DNA of 55,531 nt, counting the filler, from Blastocystis sp. subtype 4 (Eukaryota), in assembly GCF_000743755.1 (NCBI RefSeq). It is 2 parts of 2 records of this genome, joined end to end, with 100 filler letters (N's around TTAATTAATTAA, not from the genome) between each part and the next. Parts side by side here need not be neighbours in the genome. Positions count along the whole stretch, not along the records: positions 27,833 to 55,531 come from NW_014569408.1; 1 more part is not named here. One strand, given 5' to 3'. The notes below the pieces were generated by a model. It saw nothing but the letters and a program-made list of their open reading frames with translations, was not told the DNA's origin and searched no databases. Shown here piece by piece: positions 27,733 to 39,335 of this stretch (position 1 is its first letter; the number at the start of each line of letters is the position of its first letter). Made by a program: the position numbers and the translations under genes.

Positions 27733-27832
27733 NNNNNNNNNNNNNNNNNNNNNNNNNNNNNNNNNNNNNNNNNNNNTTAATTAATTAANNNNNNNNNNNN
27801 NNNNNNNNNNNNNNNNNNNNNNNNNNNNNNNN
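27733..27832. other. assembly gap with artificial six-frame stop linker
   Basis: 44 N + TTAATTAATTAA + 44 N = exactly 100 nt. Confidence 0.97.
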
Positions 27833-28916
27833 AAGTATTGTGGTTGTTATTATGATGGATTGAAGAATGGATATGGATTATTGTATGATCGAAATGGAAT
27901 GATTGAATATGAAGGACTATTCAAAGATGATAATCCTCTTATTGTGAATCCTCTTCGACTTGAGAATACAATCCCATTTCCTATCCTTCATTCTCATTTA
28001 GAATCTCTCTTGATAGGAGATGACTATAATCCTGAAGTAACATCACTCTCCTTTGAGAATGGTTTGATGTCATTAAAGACAATTGAGATTGGAAACAGTT
28101 GTTTCTCTCAGGTTACTCATATGACAATCAATTCACTTCCTTCTCTGATATTTGTTCATATTGGAGAGCATAGTTTTTCTAAATGTTGTCAGGATTTGAA
28201 TGAATGGAATACTCAGATGTGCAGTATTAAGAATTGTCCAAAACTTCAAAGTCTTATATTCACCACATCATTCTCCGAATATGCAGGATTACAATTATTG
28301 AATCTTCCTAGTCTTCAAATTCTGAAATTGAATTGGAAGTGTTTTTATCCTGCTCCTCTTTTTGAATTAAGGAGTTTCATTGAAGGAAATGGATGATGAT
28401 TAGATCTTCCTTCATTAGAACTAGTTGAACTTGGGGAAAATACTTTCACATTATGCCAACAAGCAATTATTGATAGTACTTTTTATCGATCTCCATTCAT
28501 ATAGATCTCCCTAGTCTCAAAACGATTTGTTTGGATAAGTATGCTCTTCAAGGAGATAATCGACCTGAACGTCATATTGATCCTTCTAACCAAGACCATT
28601 ATAGTAACACTCTCAGTATGAAAGGTCTGAATAGAGATTCTGTTTCATTGTTAGATCTTCCTTCTCTTGAGGTATTCACGGGAAATCGATGGAATTGTAT
28701 GTGTATGGGTTCAGTAAATCTTGAAAGTACGTTATGTGTTAAATTACTGAATAGTAGATATTCCTAATCTGTGTGAATCGGAAAAGACGTTGAATCTGCG
28801 TGATTCTTTTCTTTATGTCTATGAAATCCATGCCGAAAGTATTGATCATTGTTGAGTGTCATATAGATGCAACTGTTCTTGAACAATATATTCGTAAGAA
28901 TAGTCGATTACTATGA
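27833..28916 (+). CDS. MORN-like repeat plus BspA-like leucine-rich repeat protein, 5' truncated by the gap
   Basis: GLKNGYGLLYDRNGMIEYEGLF then LKTIEIGNSCF, LPSLIFVHIGEHSF and LPSL repeats; TGA at 28914-28916. Confidence 0.75.
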
Positions 28917-28939
28917 TCTATTTGTCTAACAAACACTAT

Positions 28940-30610
28940 ATTGTAGAAACACGATCTCGTCACTATCTTCCATTCCAATGAAACTCCCATCATCCATATC
29001 TAAATCTTTTAACGATTGAATTCCATCAGTCAAATACACTTTCTTGTTATCAGAATATGTAAAGAGTCGAATATGAAAGGGTTGTTTTCGAAACACTTTA
29101 CACGTTAACTGTAATACCTGACGAATTGTAAGTGTCTGAGGAAGATTCATCTCCTTGCCACTAGCTACTTATGAACAGACACAACATGAATCACCAGAAG
29201 ACTGAACATGAACACAAATCTTCTTCGATGAAGCTGTTGGTGTCTGGATATGTGGATAGCCATGTATCTTAATCAATCGCTTATTCTCAACCTCATTCTT
29301 ATACTCTACCTTCAAATCACTCCATCGTTCCAACTGGGCATTGATCGTATCTTGTGACTGAGTTACAAAGGTTTCCAAAGTCATATGAATTGACTCCAGA
29401 AATACTGTCATCTCTCTACTCAACTCACTGATCTCCGCTTCTGTACGTTCTTCCTTTGATATACTGGATCCATTCAGACGCTGGAACTGTGGGAAGAGTG
29501 CTATCAATGTGACACGCTCATTGGGAGATTGTGAGTAGAATTCATTCTCCCTCAATTCAATGTCAACAACCGCGGGAAAATGATCCAAAAGAGATTTCAA
29601 TTGTTTTATGGATTCAATTCCTGTATTCATGAGATTGATGAACCGGAGATTGGGAAAGGAAAAATCAATCGTTTTTGATCCAAGATGATTTCCTTCCAAA
29701 TAAAGGTCTTTGAGATTCGGCAGAGACGTGAGAGAGGAAAGAATAGACCATTCTGAAATAGAAGTATTGGAGAGATCGAGAGATTGAAGAGACGAAGATG
29801 GAGGAAGAACACATGGAATTGAGCCCATTTCATTGAATGCAAGAGAGAGATTTGTGAGATTTGGAAGATATGGAAAAAGAGGAAGAATTGAGTTGAAATG
29901 AAGATTTGTATAAGAGAGTGAGAGAATCTCGGTTATAGAGAATCAAATAGACTTACTTCGACAGGAGAAGAATGAGAAGGGAGATGACTGTCTGGATGGA
30001 GAGAATTGTGATTCAACAACAAGATCCGCAAATGGGGAAGCGAATCGAGGATTGTTATGAACACAGTCCAATCCACAATTTGATTCCAACTTAGGTTCAG
30101 ATTCTCCAGATTCAGGAGTAACGAATCACAAATTCCAAAGTCCGAAATAAACATATTACTAAGATCAGCAGTCCGGGTACATTCTTGCTTCTGTAACTCT
30201 GCAATGGTATCAAATCCAACAAATTGGAAACGACCCACTTGTTCTGATGAATGATAAGACTCCTTTCCCTCTTGCTTATATCTAAAAATCAACGAAATTC
30301 AGAACCATGACTTCTTCACAAACGCTTCATGTATAGAATACCGTCGATGAAGTTTTGAAGCCTGAACAAAGGATCCACCGTTCTCTCTGCATGTGAAATA
30401 CCTGTGAATCCCTGTCACGTCTTCTAACGACCCGTCATTCTTTCCACGACCATCACAATCCCATATCACTCCGATCCATTCAATCGATGGCTTCGACAAA
30501 CAGATGGGTCCGATGTATGCCACTGTTCCTACAAATTAGCCTTGTATCACTCCAAAACCTGTATATCCAGCACCATCGGCTACTCTATCTCCAACTGAAA
30601 ATGGTTCCAT
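28940..30610 (-). CDS. TBCE: tubulin-specific chaperone E (CAP-Gly + LRR + ubiquitin-like); stop created by polyadenylation
   Basis: FSVGDRV..GTVAYIG, WIGVIWD..GRGKNDGS..RYFTC, LRRs, C-terminal UBL; in-frame T at 28940 before TGTTTGTT. Confidence 0.9.
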
Positions 30611-30618
30611 AACAAACA
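30611..30618 (-). terminator. TGTTTGTT polyadenylation motif of the LRR gene, abutting the TBCE ATG
   Basis: Minus strand reads TGTTTGTT-ATGGAACCA. Confidence 0.75.
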
Positions 30619-30640
30619 ATGCAATCACGTTCAGCCACAC

Positions 30641-32453
30641 TTAAAAGCAGGTAATATGTTTCAATGTAGGTATGTTCTCCTTAGCAACTACTTGGAGATC
30701 CTTACAATATTGTTTCAATCCACATTCTATCATTCATACTTGCTATCTTCTCTTACGTCCCAAATATAGCATTTTAAGATTCTCGAATCGATGAGCTTTA
30801 ATTGCTTCTGTAAAAATGTTGATAAATTCGTCTGCCTTTTCTGCAATGTTTGGATTGTCTACAGAATCATCCTCTCTCTTGATTTCCACGGAAAAGAGAC
30901 AAAATTGTCAAGGACTTCGAAAATGGAGCATTCACAACACGCTTTACAACATCAAGTTGGATTTGATTGTCTATCAATAACCACTATTCATGCACTCCAA
31001 CTATCCAGATAAAGTTTCTGAAGATTGGGCATAGCATTATCACCAACTACGAATTCTGTTAAATGATTATCTAACTCATCACATCTCGCCTTCATCACTA
31101 CATCCTAATTTCAATGAATGGAGGTTGGGTAGGGCTCCATCATCAATTATGATTGAAGTCAACTCATTAGCTTCAAATCACATCTCTCACTGATACTTAC
31201 AATCTAACATTAATTTCTCTAAAGAATGTGTCATATCAATGGAGATATGAAAGGTTTTCAAGCCGTTTGCTATCCATCAGACCTCACAACGACACATACA
31301 ACTCATATCCAGATACTGGAGTGCAGGAAGATGCTCTGCAGTGAAAGTAGCCATCAATGCATCCACGTCACCCTTATAAAGGTCATTCCCAAAAATCTCC
31401 ATATTCTTGAGATTCACAAAAGTGGCTTCCCCGAACATGATTGTCATATAATTTACCCAAGGCAAACCTCGACTCGTTCCATGAGCGAGAAGAGAATTTG
31501 CATAGATACATGGTTGATACTTGATCAAAATCTCGAATTCCTCGTCCTTAATAGGTTCGGCTACCTATGAACCAGCACTTCATCACATACAATAGAACTG
31601 ACACTCAGCAGGATAACGATCATCGAAATTGTATCGAAATGGAGTATCATCGCCATGATTGTGTTTAATCACATCTATCGTTCACTTCTCTTCATTAAGT
31701 TACTTTCAGTATCCACATAGAACGAACGAACCTCGATTCCTCGAGGCATCTCATTCACAATACGAACAAGTTTTGGAAGAGCGATGTTATCATAATTATA
31801 GTTGTTGTCTACATATTAGAACACATACTTTGGAATACCATCAACGTTCAAGAGAGAAAGAGAAGGAAATAAACCAGAAGACACATTCTGAGCTAGTTCA
31901 ATGATAGCTGTTGCCGAAAAGGCGTTTGCTTCAATAGAAAACGACTCAAGTGGACAATTTGAAAAAGTTGTTGCCAATCGCCGTAATATCACTTCACGAT
32001 TCATTTTACAAGGTCTCTTCTTTTCTTTTCTCTCCATGCTAGGACAAAAACGGTCCTGAATACCTTTAAACGCCACAGAAGTCAGAGAACACTTAGAAAC
32101 TTCGAATGCGTCAGAAATGGCATCTAGAAGAATTTCTGCTGCTTTGTTTGTCAGTCCTAGTCTTCATTCACAGACACCAAAAACAACCTTCTATTTCCAA
32201 CTCTTTAAAAGAACCTAAATCCTTCCCATAGATAGATATAAACTTGTCAATGCCCTCATCCTTCATGCTCCCTTCATGTCACGAATGACAAAAACAACGT
32301 ACAGCGAATAACATTTCTATCTTCAATTATCTCTGCATCAATTGTCTGATCAAATGCATTATAACTGGAAGGAGAAGCATCGTTCTCACTTGGATCACCA
32401 CAAGAAACATACACAAGACAGCACAAAAGAATAATTAATCGAATTCCATGCAT
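30641..32453 (-). CDS. signal-peptide-bearing leucine-rich-repeat (RNI-like) protein
   Basis: MHGIRLIILLCCLVYVSCG signal-like start; FPSLSLLNVDG, LPALQYLDMS repeats; TAA at 30643-30641. Confidence 0.6.
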
Positions 32454-32647
32454 TTTAGATCACCTCAATGAGAAGCTTCTACTACTCTTCGAATGGTCTT
32501 TAGATTAGGAGGATAGAAAGGCGTAAAAAGTAGGCAAAACTGTAGGGTTATTTGGGCATTGATAAATAGACTTTGAATTCAGTCGCCGAAAATCGAGTCT
32601 ATGGCGCAGTCCTTTATTCCTTTCTCTTTTGACTTGGAAGTTGCAAT

Positions 32648-34048
32648 ATGAGTAAACGAACCTCACCTGTAACTGTTCTATGTAGCTAATAGAACTGATT
32701 GTGATTCTCTAGTACGTCGTCTTCCAAACATGGGAATTTGTGCAACGGACATGGGACTCTCTTCTGGCTTTTTGATTGATGATTCGGCTACGTCTCTTCT
32801 GTTTTCTCTCATTTATGTGTAGTTGCCAAGTATTTATAGGTGAAACAGTGAAATTCGCTGTTGTCATCCAAAATTGCTCATCAACAACGATTCAGATCCA
32901 AGCAATTGAAGTGTGTTTGATACTTTGATTTCATTTAGACAATTATTTCAACAGAACGCAATAAGGAATCGCTGGATCCAGTCAATCCTGAGGAGAATGG
33001 TAAATCTGTTATGGGAATTCGGGTACTATTCTGATTTTCTATTTATTTCAGAGAGTCTCGTTTGAGTTGAAACCTATGACAACACGATCATTACGGTATT
33101 CCAAATTGGTTCGAGAAATCGGTAACCATAAGTCTTATTGTATGACTTTCTTGATTCTAGTGTTCGTGTATCCGTTGTATATAACAATTCACTAATGGAG
33201 TTTGTCGCATCAGCCAACTTAAGGTACTTCCATCGATAGGGTAATGAAATAGCTTTGAATCGATCAAACCTTTTGATTTAGCTTTTTCACGTTTCCAACT
33301 CAACAGTGATTCATATATGATAAACACAACTTTAACAAATCGTCTCTCTACACCTATGATGATCCATTCTCTATTCCTTATGGAATCGGCGAAGGAGAAG
33401 ATGGATACTGTCTTTAACTCCTGTACATCGTAGAGATGAATCTGTTGGTCGACTATAGAAGCATTCACTTGCAACCAGGAAGCAAGTTAAGTCATATTCT
33501 AATTGTGAAAGGTCGTATTATTGAAGGTGATTCTATCGGATCCCTTGGAATTCACTTTACTGCGCCAGGTCACCAGGAAATTGGATTAAATAGTACTCCT
33601 ATTGTAGTAACTGTGAGACGAGAAGAATCGTGTAATTCTTAGGATACTATGAAGAGTGCAATTTGTGGCTACTATGAAGTGAGTGGACCAATTCACAAAA
33701 TGGAAATGACAACAATTCAAGTTGTAGTTACAAACCAATCTGATAAGGTAGGTTTTGGGTGGTATTAGTCAAGTAGATTCAAATGGTGAGTTTGGATTGG
33801 TCTTCCATGAAAGGTAATGTTCTAGTCGTAGGCGAATGTTTATTTGTATGTATTTGTGTTCGTTTGTAAGTGTAGAACAAGTTAATTCAACCGAATAAGA
33901 CGATATATATCCCTTTACAGTTTGGGCTCGTTGTCTTTCTCTGATTCATAGAGTGTTGGCTGTTGCTTCTGGATCTCAACAACTGGATCCCCCCATTCTA
34001 AATAGAAAGGAAATCTCCTTCTCTCCCGTTTCTTTGTTTGTAATCTAA
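32648..34048 (+). CDS. TRAPPC13 (Trs65)-like protein, many short exons
   Basis: Spliced CQVFIGETVKFAVVIQN resembles TRAPPC13 GNIFLGETFSSYISVHN; beta-rich; TAA at 34046-34048; TGTTTGTT at 34055. Confidence 0.6.
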
Positions 34049-34194
34049 TTTTAGTGTTTGTTTGGATATACTCTGATTTTCCAAGGAAAGCGCGAATAAC
34101 CGCGGAATTGAAATGATGGCTGTTTTTGCTTCAGAGTTCTCTACTCAAGTGACATTATTGTGCAGTAGATAGTTTACGATTTGTTGTTATGTAG

Positions 34195-34687
34195 ATGGTG
34201 AAGTGTCTTAAGCCCGGAAAGGTTGTGGTCATTCTCTCTGGCAAGTATGCCGGTAAGAAGGCTGTCATTGTGAAGGTGAACGAGAATGCCAACGACAAGC
34301 ACAAGTTCCCTCATGCTGTCGTTGTGGGTGTTGAGCGTCCTCCTCGCAAGGTTGTTCGAGCCATGGACGAGAAGAAGATCAACAAGAAGACCCAGATGAA
34401 GGTTTTTACCAAGGTGATGAATCTCCAGCACTTCATGCCTACAAGGTTTGCATATACTCGTTTGTTGATCCTTAGATACACTGTGGAGTATGACTTCAGT
34501 GCTCTTCCCAAGGAGGGAGTAGAAGCTGCTGAGAAGAAGGCTGCTTTGAAGACAATTGCCAAGACCTTCCAGGAGAGGTAAGCAATGTGTTTTATGGATA
34601 ATTAGCAGTTATTTGAAGCAGAATGAGAACGAGAAGGAGAAGACCAAGGCTGGAGTTGCTTATCTCTTCAAGAAGCTCTACTTCTAA
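34195..34687 (+). CDS. RPL27: 60S ribosomal protein L27 (eL27)
   Basis: KPGKVVVILSGKYAGKKAVIVK, NLQHFMPTRY, LFKKLYF*; two coding introns plus a probable 5'UTR intron at 34165-34194. Confidence 0.97.
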
Positions 34688-34789
34688 GGAGTTCCTTTAT
34701 GTGGATTGTCAATTCTAACTTGAGTACCAGATTATTTTGTTTGTTTTGACCTCATTTCTAAGAAACATGATCGATCACTTTGAGACACT

Positions 34790-36519
34790 TCACTGGGTAT
34801 GGAACTTATGAATACGCAGATGAATTAACGCTTGACGTAGAATACTTGATACAGTACCGATATTAAAGTAGATATCTGAAGTATAGAGGGTAGACAGACA
34901 GTATTCAGAATCTGACTTCATCTCTCCATACACTCCAAGTAATCTATTACATTCCTTTGGAGGAACAATACTATAGTTAAATACAGGAATATACCGAATC
35001 TGACTATATTCTGCCATTGTACTGAAAAAGAAGCCACCAACAAATGGAGGCGAAAAAGATACAGCTACACTTCCAGGCAACATAAAAACACTATTCGCAA
35101 AACCTGATCCTAAAACACCAATTAACACATCTGTATTCAACATTCTTTCCACTTGTTCTGCTGGTGTCAGTAATTCCATAGCTGCTTCCGAGAACAACCA
35201 TTTCTACATCCTCATCATCCCCTCATTCTTATACTTTTCCTCGTCGCAAATACATTGAAAGTTCATCTTGATTGGCTATGCGTCGTCCAGGCAGATTACC
35301 AGCGACCTTGGATCGAGTCATCATCATCACATGAGGAAGAGTTCCAGATCGTCGAGTGGGATCCAGATGGTAGTACTTGTAGGCAGCAGCGCGAACAGTC
35401 TCGACTTCAGTGGGTGAGATGAAGATACCTCCATAGAAGAGATAGCTCATTCGACTTGGTGCAATCTAGAAATTACTTCTTTCGCAGGAAATAACAAGTC
35501 GACGAAAACATAGTTGATTATCAGTAGACATTGAAATCATGACTTCACGAAAGATGTTATCAAACTTGTGAGCTGAAGGAAAGACAGATAAACCAATTTC
35601 CTTATACTCTTTGATCCATAGATAGATCTGCTTATTTTCCATAGTTGGATAGAAAATCATATCAATCTACAAATCAAAATGCAAGAAAGAATTCACTTTC
35701 GGAAAGCGATGGGGTTGATGCAGGATATGATAAATGATATTGTACACCTCCATATAGTGAGCAATGTTACGTGCACTATGAGGAATCAACATATAACTGT
35801 TCGGAGTGGAAATGGTTGTAGGATAATTTGGGAACTCTTTTGTACGTAACTTGAAGTTCCATCCCGATGGAAACACTATGTAACAAATGATTTCCAAGAA
35901 TACCCTTGGGAATTGCAGATAAACTGACATCTTTCTCGTTCCTCACATAAATGTTCAATCCATTTGTATTAAAATCGTAGCACACATTATGGAGAAGAAG
36001 AATATAGTAACCTTGTTTGGTGTCAAGAAGGTTAACATCAGAATAGTTGGGGCTAGATCAGAAAAAGACAGAATCACTTACTCTTTTCCTTCAATAGGAA
36101 ATAGGTCTTGCGTATCTCTACATATGACATAAAACCAGAATCATTACTCTAAATACAATTCTCCGAGAACTTTCTTTCTTACCTCGAATAGGTCAATCCT
36201 ATTCATCATTCAATGATAGAAATCCTACCAGTTCGGTTTCTGAAAGTCAATGAAGTGCATGGCTGCATCCATTTCGCTCACTTCAGTACTCTCTGGATCC
36301 AAAGACGATACTGATATCTCTGATAGAGAAGACGACTTGATGTTCTCTTGAATAATATTCCTGGTAGACTCAGAAGAATGGGCAATGTTCCTAATGGAAA
36401 AAACAATCATCAATCTCATACATCTCATTGGAGAGATTGCTGATCTTCACAGTAAGGAAGATTGTTAGTCCCGATACTAGGACTAGGACAGTATAATAAA
36501 TACGGAGAAACCAGCCCAT
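34790..36519 (-). CDS. GT61 (DUF563)-like glycosyltransferase, type II membrane protein
   Basis: Signal anchor MGWFLRIYYTVLVLVSGLTIFL; RRIANQDEL, LTPAEQV..TDVLIGVLGSGFANSVFMLPGS. Confidence 0.7.
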
Positions 36520-36575
36520 TCGTTCCACTCGAGAAAATGAATAGAAACCGAAAGGCCGTTTTGAACAAACAAAGA

Positions 36576-37807
36576 ACACATTCAAGCAAATTCCTTTCCG
36601 ATAATCCAAATAAACTGAAGAAAGATACTGGATATCGGCAAGAACAATTGGCATAAACACATCGCTAACAATCGTCCGAATGTCACTCATTGCTGCAAGA
36701 ATTCGTCGACCCTCTTCCACCTCTTCCGACGTCCGCTTTCTCTACAATAAAGTCAGTATCTTATTTCTACTTCTTCATTAGCAAATAGCTCAAATGCAGG
36801 AATAGAAAGAAGAGTTTTAAGTGCATCAATCAGTTCTCTTCGATAAGAAAGAAGGTCACTAATTGTAAGCCTGTATCAAACAATACGAGGAAGAAAGACA
36901 AGTCTCATCAGCTATAGTGCCAAGTTCCAAGTTTCGTTGAGACAGTGCTAGTCCTCTTCTTGTCGGAATATACGTAATAGGCTTGCCTTCACAAGTATAA
37001 TGAAGCCGCAATGCACACACATTCTGAGAATCAGAAAAAGAAAACGAGTCTACTCGGAATGTATTTAATGCAGTGAATATTAATTCTGCAGATTGGAGAA
37101 AAGAAGATGACTGAGAGCCAAATGACATCGAACTGAGCGTTCGGAAGAGAATCATTTTCTCATTGAAGAGAGGAATTGTAACCCGTTGCAAATGAAAAAT
37201 ACACTCTGGAATCAGTAGATTACCATCAATCGACTTGCCTTTGAGCTCTTCCAATAATTTACGCATCTATATTCGATAGTCTCAATACAGCCTACTTGAA
37301 ATATGAGCGGATCTCGCCGATGCATCATATCAAACACAGTAGTTGACAATTTTCTCTTCTAAATATCATCCTAATAATATAAGATGGACATCAATCACCT
37401 TGAAAGATGATACATCAAAGAACGAAGAATCAAACTACCATAGTAATTCATTGGAAGTATTACACTGCATCCAGTAGACACTGAAGACAATTGATCTTCT
37501 CGAATCCGGTCCATTCTGTGATTATAGGTGGCTCGAAGATTCATAAGTTTCAATTTCACAGACTCATCACAACAAGGATTCCATGCCTATTATGGGATTA
37601 ATCCAAGAGATATACGGTAATCTCTGCATTCAGAAGAGTGCAACAGACCCCATATAACGTCAGTGCTTCAGCGTAGAGTCTGTTACAATCATAATTTACA
37701 GCTTGTTTTGCAAGTCTATCCATAATCTATTCTCACGAATACTACATCAGTATGTGTTCGATTCGCTTCAACACTTGAAAGCGATAAGATCCGTCAGAGT
37801 TCTGCAT
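36576..37807 (-). CDS. hypothetical protein with N-terminal MIT-like domain; stop created by polyadenylation
   Basis: RLAKQAVNYDCNRLYAEALTLY...LRATYNHRMDRIR fits a MIT three-helix pattern; in-frame T at 36576 before TGTTTGTT; start uncertain (37723 or 37807). Confidence 0.55.
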
Positions 37808-37852
37808 TGAAAATAATACAATTAACTGTTATCATCACCTCTTTTTCTTCAA

Positions 37853-38542
37853 ATGGCAAATGCTACTGCTCGAGAGGCGGGAAATGCTCATGGACAGAAT
37901 CCTCAGTACTTGGTTTGAGATTTGGAGAAGTGATGACAAATAGATCGAAAAGATTCTGCGAGACAAAATCTATGAATGCGATTATTGGAAAGAACAGTGT
38001 TTTGGACTGTCAGCATTAACAATCATTGATCGAGCCATGGAACTCGACCATGTCGGTTCTGCATATAGCTGTGTCTTTCGGCCAACCAATTTTATCTGTT
38101 TAGTATTAAAGTTATTGCAGATTGGCCCTGAAATGGAGATTATTCTCGAATTCATCAATAATGAAGACTTTAAGTAGTTCGTAAAGCAGAAGAGTGAACA
38201 ATAGATATGTTACAGCTTTGGGTATGTTTTACTTGCGACTTGTGGGTTCTCCTGAACTCATTTATAAAACCCTTGAACCCTATTACAGTGACTACCGTAA
38301 GCTCCGACTAAATACTCCTGAGGGATGGAAGATTATTCACATGGATGAGTATGTGGATGAACTGCTGGAAAAAGAAATGGCATTTAATATTAACCTGCCT
38401 TTCTTAACGAGTCGTAAGGTATTAGAGCTGCGAGGCGATCTTCCTCCACGGAAGTCCATTCTTGATGATGAATTTGATGGTATGGTAGCAGAACTGGAGA
38501 AAGAAGATTCGGTAGATGACAAACGTGTAAAGATTTCAAACT
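37853..38542 (+). CDS. PRP38: pre-mRNA splicing factor 38A; stop created by polyadenylation
   Basis: HGQNPQYLIEKILRDKIYECDYWKEQCFGL, PTNFICLVLKLLQI, LGMFYLRL, LEPYYSDYRKLR; in-frame T at 38542 before TGTTTGTT at 38547. Confidence 0.95.
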
Positions 38543-38568
38543 TGGATGTTTGTTGGAACAAGATCTTG

Positions 38569-39276
38569 TATGTTCTAGATAACGCCTTGATACGCATTTG
38601 TCGTTGATACTCAGTCTACAGATAACAGTACAAAACTGTTCATACAGTGTTAGTGTCAGCTGAATGTTTTCGATTATCCAATCGGTTTCCATGACCCGAA
38701 AAGTGTTTAATTTGTTCCTTTTCTACTTCTGGTCGTGGGAACAGACATGAAAACCATGAAGCAATGGTAGCACACCGATTAATGTAGGAAGGAATCGGTG
38801 TGTCAAGTAAAGCAATGCATAAATCATTTGAAAAGTGGTTACAGTTTCTACAATTCCAATTTAAAACCAAGACTACTTAAGAACAACGTGATATTGATCT
38901 CCTCGATAGATATCGCGCAAGTTATCAATCTTCCGATCAATTTCTGCATTTGAGAAATAAGTCATTCCCATATTGATACTCTCTCGGAATCTAGCACCTC
39001 CTGCTTGCTTCGGCTCTCCCTTGCCAATACCCATTTCTTCACCAAACGAATATTCGACTCCTATGGATGATCCCTCTTATCAAGACTAACCATTGATCTC
39101 AACTCCAGTATGGAACAACCCAAATCCGATATCTGCGACTTAGATTACTCAAAAATCAATACTATAGAGGTAATCATTCATCTCATTCAGATCATAAACC
39201 TAGAGTCAACGGAATTGTTTATTCCGACATTTAAATACACATCACTTCCAACTAAAACCTTCTTTCGAGCTGACAT
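38569..39276 (-). CDS. PPPDE/DeSI-family peptidase (desumoylating/deubiquitinating isopeptidase)
   Basis: Spliced VYLNVYDL, GLFHTGVEINGVEYSFG, NCNHFSNDLC..IPSYINR; 3' end probably TA plus poly(A) at 38570-38569. Confidence 0.9.
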
Positions 39277-39335
39277 GACGAGTTTGCTTGCAACCGAAAC
39301 GCCGTTTGAGTCAGAGATTATTCCCTTCAAGAACC

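Noticed and set aside
27777..27788. TTAATTAATTAA palindrome as a biological element
   Set aside because: Centred in a symmetric N gap totalling 100 nt; a standard six-frame stop linker
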